62,363 nucleotides of DNA from an uncultured virus (IMG/VR IMGVR_UViG_3300001596_000066) (Duplodnaviria; Heunggongvirae; Uroviricota; Caudoviricetes), in the IMG/VR virus record IMGVR_UViG_3300001596_000066, one strand, 5' to 3'. Below the pieces are notes generated by a model. It made no database searches. It had not been told where the DNA came from and saw only the letters and a program-made list of their open reading frames with translations. The translations under genes were made by a program, and so were the position numbers. Shown here piece after piece: positions 19,527 to 27,861 of the stretch (position 1 is its first letter; the number at the start of each line of letters is the position of its first letter).

Positions 19527-20193
19527 CGGAGCTGCCGGCAGTGAAGCTCGGAATGTCGTACAGCACCTCGGGCATATCCTCCCGAGTCAGCACCTGGGCG
19601 CCGTAGGCGATCATCTCTTCGGGCCACGTCAGGTCCGGGTTGCTCGCCACATTCTCCATGATGAACACGAGCCGCCCGAGCCGAAGCGCTTCCCACCCCT
19701 GATGCCTCGTGCCGCTCTTCTCGCTCGCCTCGACGATGACCGTGGCGTCCGACACCAGCGCCATAGTCCGGTTGCGCCGCGGGAAGTTGTCCTTCTTGGA
19801 CGGATAACCAACAGGGAACTGCGAAACCGCCAAGTGGTCACGCTTGATCGTATCCAACAGGTCCGCATTCTTCGCCGGGAAGGCCTTGTCGAGCGGCGTG
19901 CCCAGCACCGCGATCGTCTTTCCGCCCTCGCGAATGGCCGTCTCATGCGCCACCGTATCGATGCCTTCAGCGAGGCCGCTCACCACCACGATCTCGTGAC
20001 GCACCAGCGCTGAGGTGAACATCTTTGCCCGCTTGATGCCCGCTTCTGTCGGCTTGCGCGATCCAACCACCGATACTCGGATACCTGTGTTGAGCAGAGA
20101 GCGGTCGCCCTCGACGAATAGCTCCTTCGGCGCGTGCTTCTGCTCGAACTCGTTCAGATCGCCCAGGATTTCGGTAACTTCGACGCGCTGCAT
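19516..20193 (-). CDS. dprA: DprA/Smf (SLOG) domain protein, Rossmann core only
   Basis: VSVVGSRK, VVSGLAEGIDTVAH, FPRRNRTM, VIVEASEKSGT. Confidence 0.88.
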   Translation of the reverse strand: MQRVEVTEILGDLNEFEQKHAPKELFVEGDRSLLNTGIRVSVVGSRKPTEAGIKRAKMFTSALVRHEIVVVSGLAEGIDTVAHETAIREGGKTIAVLGTPLDKAFPAKNADLLDTIKRDHLAVSQFPVGYPSKKDNFPRRNRTMALVSDATVIVEASEKSGTRHQGWEALRLGRLVFIMENVASNPDLTWPEEMIAYGAQVLTREDMPEVLYDIPSFTAGSSVAF

Positions 20194-20339
20194 CACATTG
20201 ATTCTCAACGGTTTTGGCTGGCGTGTTGACGAATCATCTGGTGGCTACATTACTGAATTTGCACCCATTGTTCCAGCCGAGCGGGATGTTGAGTCTCGCG
20301 CTCACCCACGTCCCACGCCCCAGCCAACACCGCCGCGGG

Positions 20340-20798
20340 CTAGTTCCGGAAGATCACAAACGGTGGGTCCTCTCCGCAGCCGACCCGATACGACCAACTC
20401 GAAAGCGTCACTTGCACATCTTGAGAAGCGACGCCACGGGCAATAAGGCCGTCTCTCACAAGCCGCGCGCGCTCAGTCAATAGACTGTCAAGATACAGCG
20501 CGGTGTACCAGCTTCCGTACGGAGAGTTGAACGTTATGCGAATTCTCGGTTCAATCTGAATCGTCACAAACTCGACGCCGTCCAGAGTTACGGCCTCGTC
20601 AAGGATGCGATTTGCCTCCGGCGAGAGCTCGGTCTGTCGAGATCCATGGACGAGCGTAAAGTGCGGCCGGAAATCACGCCCTAGAGACGGCAAGTGCGCA
20701 CAGGGATCGACTGTTGGACTGCCGGAAGCGATTTGTACCGACGGCGCCAGCGTGAAAAACGCCAGGAACCCAACAGCAATCGCGACGACAGTTTTCAT
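20340..20798 (-). CDS. Secreted protein with divergent OmpA-C-like domain
   Basis: Signal peptide; TELSPEANRILD...ERARLVRDGLIARGV. Confidence 0.55.
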   Translation of the reverse strand: MKTVVAIAVGFLAFFTLAPSVQIASGSPTVDPCAHLPSLGRDFRPHFTLVHGSRQTELSPEANRILDEAVTLDGVEFVTIQIEPRIRITFNSPYGSWYTALYLDSLLTERARLVRDGLIARGVASQDVQVTLSSWSYRVGCGEDPPFVIFRN

Positions 20799-21262
20799 CG
20801 GTCTTGGCTCCCTTCCCGCCACTCCCAAGCCGGGATGCACTGTCCTCGATACAGCGGCGTGCCGGCCTGGTCTTCAGCGTTCCGGGTCATGTCGGCATAG
20901 GCGCCGTTGGTGTAGCGAACGTCTTCCCACGCCCAGCCGACGCCGACCATAATCGCGCCGATGTCCCATCCCTGCGCGGTCGCGCAAATGGCAACCGTCC
21001 TACCGTAGCGGTCAATGTCGACAGGGTCGCAAGCGGCTAGCGTCATTAGGACTGAGTTGAGCACTGTCCACGCGCCTGTCCCGACGTCAACGTCCCGTCT
21101 GCCGTTCCAACACGTTTGCCCCATCTCCGGCGCATCAATCCCCCAAAGCCGGATGACCTCGCCATCTAGTTCGAATGTGTCACCGTCGATTGTCCGGATC
21201 TCTTGAGCGACGGCAGGGCCGGCCAGCAGGCAGGCGGTGAGCGTGATCGTAAACATCCTCAT
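20795..21262 (-). CDS. Secreted thermonuclease (SNase family) 2
   Basis: Signal peptide; IDGDT, IRLWGIDAPE, DRYGRTVA, MVGVGWAW, AWEWR. Confidence 0.9.
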   Translation of the reverse strand: MRMFTITLTACLLAGPAVAQEIRTIDGDTFELDGEVIRLWGIDAPEMGQTCWNGRRDVDVGTGAWTVLNSVLMTLAACDPVDIDRYGRTVAICATAQGWDIGAIMVGVGWAWEDVRYTNGAYADMTRNAEDQAGTPLYRGQCIPAWEWREGSQDR

Positions 21263-21789
21263 CTTGGGTTTTGCCCTCGCCACTCCCAAGGTGGATCGCA
21301 ATCGAGGACGCTAACCGCGTCACGTTGCATTGCCGCGATTTCCGTTTCGCGAGCGTAGTATCCGTCGCTAATTCGCGTGTCTTCCCAGGCGTAGCCGCGC
21401 TCGACCATCAGCGAGCCAATGTCCCGGTCGGCCATGTCAAAGCATCTGGCAGTCGTTCTGCCATCCGGTCCCGTGTCAATTGGTTCACATCGATCAATGG
21501 CCGCAGTGAACCCGAAAAGCCGGCGGCGAGCATCCTCGCCTGCTGACCAACCGTAACATCTCTGATCGATCTCCGGCGCGTCGATACCCCAAAGCCGAAT
21601 TTCCTCGCCGTCCAGTTCGAACGTATCGCCGTCGATGACGCGCACACGCGCCCGGCAGTTGGCAATCTCGCCGCTATCCATGTTCCAGTCGCACTGCCAG
21701 CCAGTGTGGTACTCGCCCGCGTTGTTTTCCTGGGCGAAGGCGGGGGCGGCCAGCAGGCAGGCAACGAGGGCAATAGCAGCCCACCTCAT
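21259..21789 (-). CDS. Secreted thermonuclease (SNase family) 3
   Basis: Signal peptide; IDGDT, IRLWGIDAPE, PDGR, MVERGYAW, PWEWR. Confidence 0.9.
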   Translation of the reverse strand: MRWAAIALVACLLAAPAFAQENNAGEYHTGWQCDWNMDSGEIANCRARVRVIDGDTFELDGEEIRLWGIDAPEIDQRCYGWSAGEDARRRLFGFTAAIDRCEPIDTGPDGRTTARCFDMADRDIGSLMVERGYAWEDTRISDGYYARETEIAAMQRDAVSVLDCDPPWEWRGQNPR

Positions 21790-21945
21790 CAATTCAATTC
21801 CCCACCCGGCTCATCCCTCAGCAGATCAAACACCGCCGTCATGACCCGCCGCCACGCATGCGGCCTGCTCGCGTCGCCCTTGCCCTCCATCCGCGTCCGC
21901 CGCCGTTCGACATATACGATCGCACCGCTGCATTCACCGCCTCAC

Positions 21946-22299
21946 CTAGAGCTCCGAAACAGATCTGCACCCGACCATTGGAGAGCCGTCGGGCTCATCG
22001 CAGGTCATGACGGTTTCCCCCGTCCGGCTGTCGACGATGATCAAATGCCAGCCTGCCGTTGGGTCTCCGGCTCTGCACTCAAGTCGGACCTCCTGCGTGT
22101 CATCCCAACCTGCCCAGCCCTCCATAGGGATGGTGGCCCCGACTTCATGCTCGACGCCATCGGCAACGCATGTGGACGCCGTCGAAACGGGCGCGGCCTC
22201 GCTTGGCGGTTGGTCGCCATTGCCTAACGAGACTGGATCGGACGAAACACAGGCGGCGAGCGCTAGCGCCGCAAGACCTGGTATGAGCTTTGCGATCAT
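21946..22299 (-). CDS. Cys-containing lipoprotein
   Basis: Lipobox LALAAC. Confidence 0.7.
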   Translation of the reverse strand: MIAKLIPGLAALALAACVSSDPVSLGNGDQPPSEAAPVSTASTCVADGVEHEVGATIPMEGWAGWDDTQEVRLECRAGDPTAGWHLIIVDSRTGETVMTCDEPDGSPMVGCRSVSEL

Positions 22300-22345
22300 G
22301 CCTTCCCCTACCCCCGCACCGCGTCCAGCACGAGGCCGTTGGCGG

Positions 22346-22867
22346 TCATTGCGGCCGCAGCTCAGCCAGTTGGCGGATGAGTTCTTGGAAGTTGGCCCCG
22401 ATTGCTCTCTCGGCCCCATAGAGCATTCTGTCGGAGGCGGCGTAAGCTTCGTCAGAAGTGCCTGACGTGGCGATAGTCTCGTCAAGCAGGACATCGCCAG
22501 TCCGTAGATCAGTTAACCGATAGTCAATCACCACACCAACTGCCAACTCCAAAAAGCCGGACTGGCCTTGCAGGAACTGGAGGTCCCGAGGGATCGCCTC
22601 CAAGCCGTACTGGCCATTAGAGGTTGCCAGAAGGCCGGCATTGGCCAGGCTGATCGAAAGAGCCTCCTCGAACTCCGCCCTGCCAACTACAACGCGGTCT
22701 CCTGACGCCAGAATGTTGAAGGTTACGTTCCCCGGCTCCAGCACCACTTGCGAGGCTAATGGAGCTGACAACACACCCCGACCGGGCGCCACCATTCTCT
22801 CAACGGCGGCCGGACCTGCGCAGCCCGTCAACACGATTATCAGACCAATGACCAGCCACCGCTTCAT
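22346..22867 (-). CDS. Lipoprotein
   Basis: MKRWLVIGLIIVLTGC lipobox. Confidence 0.8.
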   Translation of the reverse strand: MKRWLVIGLIIVLTGCAGPAAVERMVAPGRGVLSAPLASQVVLEPGNVTFNILASGDRVVVGRAEFEEALSISLANAGLLATSNGQYGLEAIPRDLQFLQGQSGFLELAVGVVIDYRLTDLRTGDVLLDETIATSGTSDEAYAASDRMLYGAERAIGANFQELIRQLAELRPQ

Positions 22868-22896
22868 CGATTCCCCCCGGTTTCGTTCACCGGCAA

Positions 22897-22917
22897 GCTA
22901 CCACGAGAAAGCGAGAA
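22897..22917 (-). promoter_or_regulatory. Shared 21-bp promoter element, copy 1
   Basis: GCTACCACGAGAAAGCGAGAA identical to 23940-23960; extended -10 TGGTAGCTT on - strand. Confidence 0.6.
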
Positions 22918-22982
22918 TCCACGCAACAAATAGATGTCCTGATGGACTTGGCCCGTTTTGAAATGGCAGGCCAGCTGTCACT

Positions 22983-23912
22983 CTAGAACAAATCGCGCGG
23001 GTTGAAGCCGAGCTCGTAAACCTCACCGTCACTAAAGCCGCGCGATGGTGAGGGCAGGGGTTGGCAATTCGGATTCAACACCGCTCGTCTCGCCGCTTCC
23101 GCCCATGAGCGCACTTGGGCGTCAGTGGCTTGGCCGCTGAAGCTAACGATCTCCGCATCCTGAACAAATCCCGTCGACTGCATCCGCGCGCGGATCGTAA
23201 CGCGAAGCGTCTCGATAAAGGGCGCGCCACGATCCACGTTCCAGCAATTGCGCAAGGCCTGGGCGATCGCCTGCTGTTCGCTTGCGGACAACCTCATCGG
23301 TTCAGAAGGCCCGGTCGGATCGCTTACCGCGATCTCATCGGACGGATCAATTGGCTGCGGCGATGGCCTCTGATCGTTGCCTGTCGCTGCTGCCGACGGG
23401 ACGGTCCAACTGCAACGCTCCGAAACCGTTTGAATAACGTCTCGAATTCCATCGGTTTCAAATGTAGCCAGTACCGCATTGTCTCCGTGCGGAACGGTTG
23501 AGACAAGGAGTCTCTGTGCATTGACACTGTGTAGTTGGCGCAGCAGCGATATTCCTTGCCCGCGCCACAACCCAGTCGACTCATAATTGGTTGACACGTT
23601 CCACTGCGCGTCGACCGGCGGCTGATCGTCTATGCGGTACCGAACCGGTGTAGAGCTATAGATCCCGCCAGTCGTGATGAAGTGATGCCAGCCCACATAA
23701 ATCGCGGTGCGATCGTCCAGACATCTGATGGTTAACGTAGGTCTGGAACTGCCAAAATCGAAATACACAGTCTCGGTAGCATCAAGTTGGAAAGCGACAT
23801 TCTCAAAGTCCGACATTGGGTCAGACCACTCTCGCATCCTCCAATCGTCCGCCCAACTTGGCAGTAGTGGAAGCAGCGCAAGACCGACCGCCAAAGCTAC
23901 TGACCATCTCAT
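22983..23912 (-). CDS. Secreted protein: VasI/TagO-like N-domain + TolA/TonB C-terminal domain
   Basis: Signal peptide; W..SDPMSD...PTLTIRC...YRIDD; Pro linker; LRNCWN...AEAARRAVL..CQPL..FNP. Confidence 0.7.
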   Translation of the reverse strand: MRWSVALAVGLALLPLLPSWADDWRMREWSDPMSDFENVAFQLDATETVYFDFGSSRPTLTIRCLDDRTAIYVGWHHFITTGGIYSSTPVRYRIDDQPPVDAQWNVSTNYESTGLWRGQGISLLRQLHSVNAQRLLVSTVPHGDNAVLATFETDGIRDVIQTVSERCSWTVPSAAATGNDQRPSPQPIDPSDEIAVSDPTGPSEPMRLSASEQQAIAQALRNCWNVDRGAPFIETLRVTIRARMQSTGFVQDAEIVSFSGQATDAQVRSWAEAARRAVLNPNCQPLPSPSRGFSDGEVYELGFNPRDLF

Positions 23913-23939
23913 GGTTCTTCCCCCCGTCGCTCAGGCGAC

Positions 23940-23960
23940 GCTACCACGAGAAAGCGAGAA
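23940..23960 (-). promoter_or_regulatory. Shared 21-bp promoter element, copy 2
   Basis: Identical to 22897-22917; TGGTAGCGT, TTGACC upstream. Confidence 0.6.
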
Positions 23961-23968
23961 AGGGTCAA

Positions 23969-24331
23969 TCAGTTGGTGTTAGACGAAGCCTCATCCTTAG
24001 CTGACTGCTGCTTGGCTTTCTCCACCACGCCGTGCACCGTCTCGTGCAGATCCCGAACCTGGTCGGCGACCTTGTGGATGGCGGATAGGATTAGGCCGAG
24101 GACGATCAGGGAGACGCCGGCCCCCATTCCGATATTGCCATAGAACGTGAGCGTCAGACGTCGACTTACCTCGGCAGCCGTCTCGCGCCCAAATGACGGC
24201 TCTTGAGCGCTCACAAACGCGATAATACCGCCAAGCAAGGCGAGTATCCCAACAGCGATGCAGAAGCCGCCTGCTGGGCTCCGCTCGTATTGACGCAATG
24301 CCACTGTGATCTTCCCCCAAGACCCCCACAC
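23969..24331 (-). CDS. Two-TM membrane protein
   Basis: Two hydrophobic helices; TTGACA just upstream. Confidence 0.65.
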   Translation of the reverse strand: MWGSWGKITVALRQYERSPAGGFCIAVGILALLGGIIAFVSAQEPSFGRETAAEVSRRLTLTFYGNIGMGAGVSLIVLGLILSAIHKVADQVRDLHETVHGVVEKAKQQSAKDEASSNTN

Positions 24332-24395
24332 TCGCTGAGGACAGTCTCATTGAGCGAATGAGGTTGTCAATTAGCGGCTTCCGGTTGATCGCTGG

Positions 24396-24761
24396 TCAAC
24401 CCACATCAAACACCTCCTCAAACCGCGCTGTCACCGAAAACACATCATCGCCCATCTCCGGCCTCGGAGGCGACCATTGTGGGCACCGGAACTGTATTGC
24501 GGCTCCATACCCAGGCGGCTGCCAATCGAACAGCTCGTTGCCACCCCTAGCATCCAGGAAGCCAACGATGGCATCAGCGTCCACCCGCGTCAGCGTATCC
24601 CAGGTGAGCGACCAGACCGTCCGCTTGTGGTTCAGTCCGTCCTTGGCTACCTGCCGATACCCATCGCCGAACCGGGCCTCTAGCAGCCGAACTTTGTTGT
24701 CCGGCGCCGAACCAACGGAGGGCGGTGAAGGTGGCAAGAAGATCGGATTGGCCATGGTCAC
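24396..24761 (-). CDS. Minor tail protein M (distal tail)
   Basis: RFGDGYRQ...DGLN...FLDARGG...FDWQPP...ARFEEVF. Confidence 0.92.
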   Translation of the reverse strand: MTMANPIFLPPSPPSVGSAPDNKVRLLEARFGDGYRQVAKDGLNHKRTVWSLTWDTLTRVDADAIVGFLDARGGNELFDWQPPGYGAAIQFRCPQWSPPRPEMGDDVFSVTARFEEVFDVG

Positions 24762-27130
24762 ACTCTGTTCAGCATGCCGCCAACGCGCGATTGTTGGGCG
24801 ATCTCGCTACGAACCGCGTCTCTGATGAACACTCGAACCTGACGCCCCCCATCCGCGCCAATGGTCTCCTGAACCGACAGCGCATCGTCCGCAACGCCGG
24901 TCCGTTGATCGATGATATTGACCGTGACGCCAGGCGCGCTCCCACCCATGCGCTGCTGCTGCCCCAGCGTTAGGACGCGTTCGTTAGTCCGGATGACGGT
25001 CAGGCGTTCATCCCCGGCAAGGCTCGCCCGGGTGAAGCGCTGGAAATCGTCCCCGCGCCCGCCAGCGTGCTTGACTCCAACCTTGGGTGTGCCGCCGAAA
25101 CCGAGCAGCGCCCCGATGCCGCCGATCAGGTCGCCAAAGAAGTTCCCTCCGCCCCCACCACCGCCAAAGGCCGCCAGCGTCGCTTGCTGGATCGCCAGAC
25201 GCGCCAGATCCTCCGCAATGCCAGCCAGGACCGCGCGGAAATCCTCACCGTTGAGAATGGCTCCTTGCAGGGCAGACGAGAACGCGCCGCCGACTTGGCG
25301 CCATTCATCGGCCACTTCATCAGCGCCGTCGGCCACCTTCTTGACGGTTTCCTCGAACTCATCGCCCGGACCCTTGACGCGGCCTAGGCTTTCGCCGAAC
25401 GCGTCCATTGCGCTAGTAGCCGACTCTATAGCCTGCATGTAGCGGTCTTCGATCTGCTGGATCTGCTCCGCTTGACTGAGGCGAAGTCGCTCCATCTGCT
25501 CAGCAATCTCACGCGACCTCTCAATGTCGCCGGCAAAGAACGCCTCATTCTGAGCCTCAGCCAACTGGCCCTGAATGTCGGTGTACTCGGCCAGCACAGC
25601 GTTGATCTCTTGCTGCATGCGGAACGCGTCGTTGCCAGCAGCGACGAAATCCGTGTAGCGGCCAGTCAGGTCTTCGGTGATCTCGCTCAGGCTGCTCGTG
25701 GGCGCCGCGACCGCATCCAAGCCGGCAGCGAGGTTGTTGGTCTGTCTTGTCGCCTCCGCCATCTGTCCGTGGAGATCAGAGATATCCCCTTCCATCGACA
25801 CGATGTTCTGGTTGGCGGCCACGATCTCACCACTGAGCCGGCGCAAGTCGTGCTCATCCTCAGCGAAGGTAGCCCGCGTTGGTGTGATCCCCGCCAACTC
25901 GCGCTGAAGCGCTTCAACCCGGTCCTGTTCGGCTTGGATATCTACCCGCAGCGAGGCGATCCCGCGCTGACCCTGCGCGCCGATCAAGCGAAGCTCGGCA
26001 GCCGCTGCTTCGTTGGCGCCCTGCGCCATCAACTCATATGCCTCAGCCAGCCGCCGAGCCACCTGCTCGCTCTCCGCGCCGACGCTGTTCGCGGTGCGCT
26101 GATTAACGATCAGCCCGGCAAGGGCGCCAGTCACGGCGCCGATACCTGCGCCCCAAGGCCCGAACGCCGCGCCAAGGCGCAAACCAATCAACGTCGTTCC
26201 GACAATGACCACGGCGTCCATGTTTTCCGCCATCAGCGCCAGGCCCTCGACGACAACTGAGATGCCATTCACAAAGTCCGGGCTGACGACCACTGCGCGC
26301 ACACGGTCAATTGCCTCAACAAACCGGTCGCTGGCGCCGGAACCGTCATCCAACGTCCCAACCACCCGCAGCATGTCGTTTTGAAGCTGCGTGACCGCCT
26401 GCGCGATCGTGCGCGGCATCAGGCCGTAGGTTGCCTCAACATCGTCAGCGACCGCCAGCAACGCTTCGGAAATCACGTCAGTCGTCAACTGACCTTCGGC
26501 GGACAGTTCGCGCAACTCTCGGATCGTGACGTCACCAAATGTTCCGACCTCGTTCAGGCCGTCGATGAGAGCGTTCCGAAGCCCCTGCAGGTTTTCACTG
26601 AGGCTTCTGAACTCGTCTCCGCGCAACTCGCCGGATGCCAGGGCCTGCGAGAACTGAACTACACCAGCCGCCGCCTCTTGGGCCGTGGCGCCGCCGATCT
26701 GAATCGATTGCTGGACAGTCTCTGTCAATTCAAGAAGGTTCTGCTGCGACAATCCAAGCTGGTCGGCGCTTCGGGCGACACGCGCATACAGCTCAACCGT
26801 CGCGCCAAATTCTGTCCTCGTGTCCTGCGCCAACTCAAAGAGCGCCTCTTGGACGTTGATCAGCTCGCCCGTCGAATCCGTGACCAGCCGCAGCCGCGTT
26901 TCATACTGCGTCCAGGCGTCCAGGGTGCGCGTCAGCTCCCGAAACGCAAATGCCCCCGCCAGCCCCGTTAGAGCCCCCCGAAGACTGAAGATCGACCGCT
27001 GCATGCGATCAAAGGCGCCGTGGACACGCCCGGCCTGCCCTTCAAGATTGCGGAGGGCCCGAACCGATACATTCGAGCCCTGAACGGCACCGCGGCCGTC
27101 GATCTGAACCTCTAACCGAGCATCGGTCAT
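24758..27130 (-). CDS. Tape measure protein
   Basis: 790 aa Ala-rich helical; QFSQALASGELRGDEFRSLSEN. Confidence 0.92.
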   Translation of the reverse strand: MTDARLEVQIDGRGAVQGSNVSVRALRNLEGQAGRVHGAFDRMQRSIFSLRGALTGLAGAFAFRELTRTLDAWTQYETRLRLVTDSTGELINVQEALFELAQDTRTEFGATVELYARVARSADQLGLSQQNLLELTETVQQSIQIGGATAQEAAAGVVQFSQALASGELRGDEFRSLSENLQGLRNALIDGLNEVGTFGDVTIRELRELSAEGQLTTDVISEALLAVADDVEATYGLMPRTIAQAVTQLQNDMLRVVGTLDDGSGASDRFVEAIDRVRAVVVSPDFVNGISVVVEGLALMAENMDAVVIVGTTLIGLRLGAAFGPWGAGIGAVTGALAGLIVNQRTANSVGAESEQVARRLAEAYELMAQGANEAAAAELRLIGAQGQRGIASLRVDIQAEQDRVEALQRELAGITPTRATFAEDEHDLRRLSGEIVAANQNIVSMEGDISDLHGQMAEATRQTNNLAAGLDAVAAPTSSLSEITEDLTGRYTDFVAAGNDAFRMQQEINAVLAEYTDIQGQLAEAQNEAFFAGDIERSREIAEQMERLRLSQAEQIQQIEDRYMQAIESATSAMDAFGESLGRVKGPGDEFEETVKKVADGADEVADEWRQVGGAFSSALQGAILNGEDFRAVLAGIAEDLARLAIQQATLAAFGGGGGGGNFFGDLIGGIGALLGFGGTPKVGVKHAGGRGDDFQRFTRASLAGDERLTVIRTNERVLTLGQQQRMGGSAPGVTVNIIDQRTGVADDALSVQETIGADGGRQVRVFIRDAVRSEIAQQSRVGGMLNRV

Positions 27131-27456
27131 TTCTTCTCCCCTCGCGCCTCTAGGTAGGCCGCATCACAGGCCCGGATAATCATCAGGAACTCGCGCGCGT
27201 CGTCGCAGCCGGGATGGCCGAACAAGCGCAGGTAAGCCTCGATCTCGGTTAATGGGATTGCCCCTTCGCCAAACCCCACGGGGCGCGATGGCGACAAATC
27301 CAGGAACGCCGCGTATAGGGACTCGGTCGCCTCATTGAGTGCCGGCTCGACCGCCCAATCCGGGACCGGCCGGCCGTGCTCAGCAAGAATGGCTACTAGT
27401 TTGCTTGCCTTGTCGCCGACCCGGACCGACCAGACGATCCGCTTTTGGAGTTTTTT
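27127..27456 (-). CDS. Tail assembly chaperone GT, -1 frame extension (not in ORF track)
   Basis: Open -1 frame from slippery A AAA AAC: KLQKRIVWS...FLDLSPSRPVGFGEGAIPLTEIEAY...DAAYL; stop overlaps TMP start. Confidence 0.8.
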   Translation of the reverse strand, partial: KKLQKRIVWSVRVGDKASKLVAILAEHGRPVPDWAVEPALNEATESLYAAFLDLSPSRPVGFGEGAIPLTEIEAYLRLFGHPGCDDAREFLMIIRACDAAYLEARGEKK

Positions 27457-27848
27457 GCCGCCGTCTCCAATGCCGAGGCACGGTAGCTTTCGACCTCCAT
27501 CGCTAAGGCTGCGATTTGATTGCGGAAGTCCTTGAGCTCGGTCAGAAACCAGACAGCCATTTCACGACTGTAGGCAACCTCGCTGCCGTCGTCGTTTTCG
27601 AAACCGCGCCAGTCGAGCAGCAGCGCGTCGGCCATAGCTTCGATGGCGATTTCGGTGTGCCTATCGGCAGGAATTTCGCCGCCGGCGCGCAGAATGTTGC
27701 GATACGGCTTGCGCAAACGATCAAGGGCCGCCTGATGCCGGTCGTTGCCGAACCGGGCCACTTTGACGGCCGCCCCCTCGCCAATCTCTACCCACACGCC
27801 CCCTTCCTCCGCCGCCTTGTCGGTGGCGAAGCGCTGATTGATCTTCAT
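27396..27848 (-). CDS. Tail assembly chaperone G
   Basis: EEGGVWV...KVAR.GN...ALLLDWRG...YSRE; between tail tube and TMP. Confidence 0.82.
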   Translation of the reverse strand: MKINQRFATDKAAEEGGVWVEIGEGAAVKVARFGNDRHQAALDRLRKPYRNILRAGGEIPADRHTEIAIEAMADALLLDWRGFENDDGSEVAYSREMAVWFLTELKDFRNQIAALAMEVESYRASALETAAKNSKSGSSGRSGSATRQAN

Positions 27849-27861
27849 GGTTGCTCCTAGG

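Noticed and set aside
21793..21945. Possible remnant of a small gene (...HAWRRVMTAVFDLLRDEPGGN)
   Set aside because: No convincing start; resemblance too weak to call
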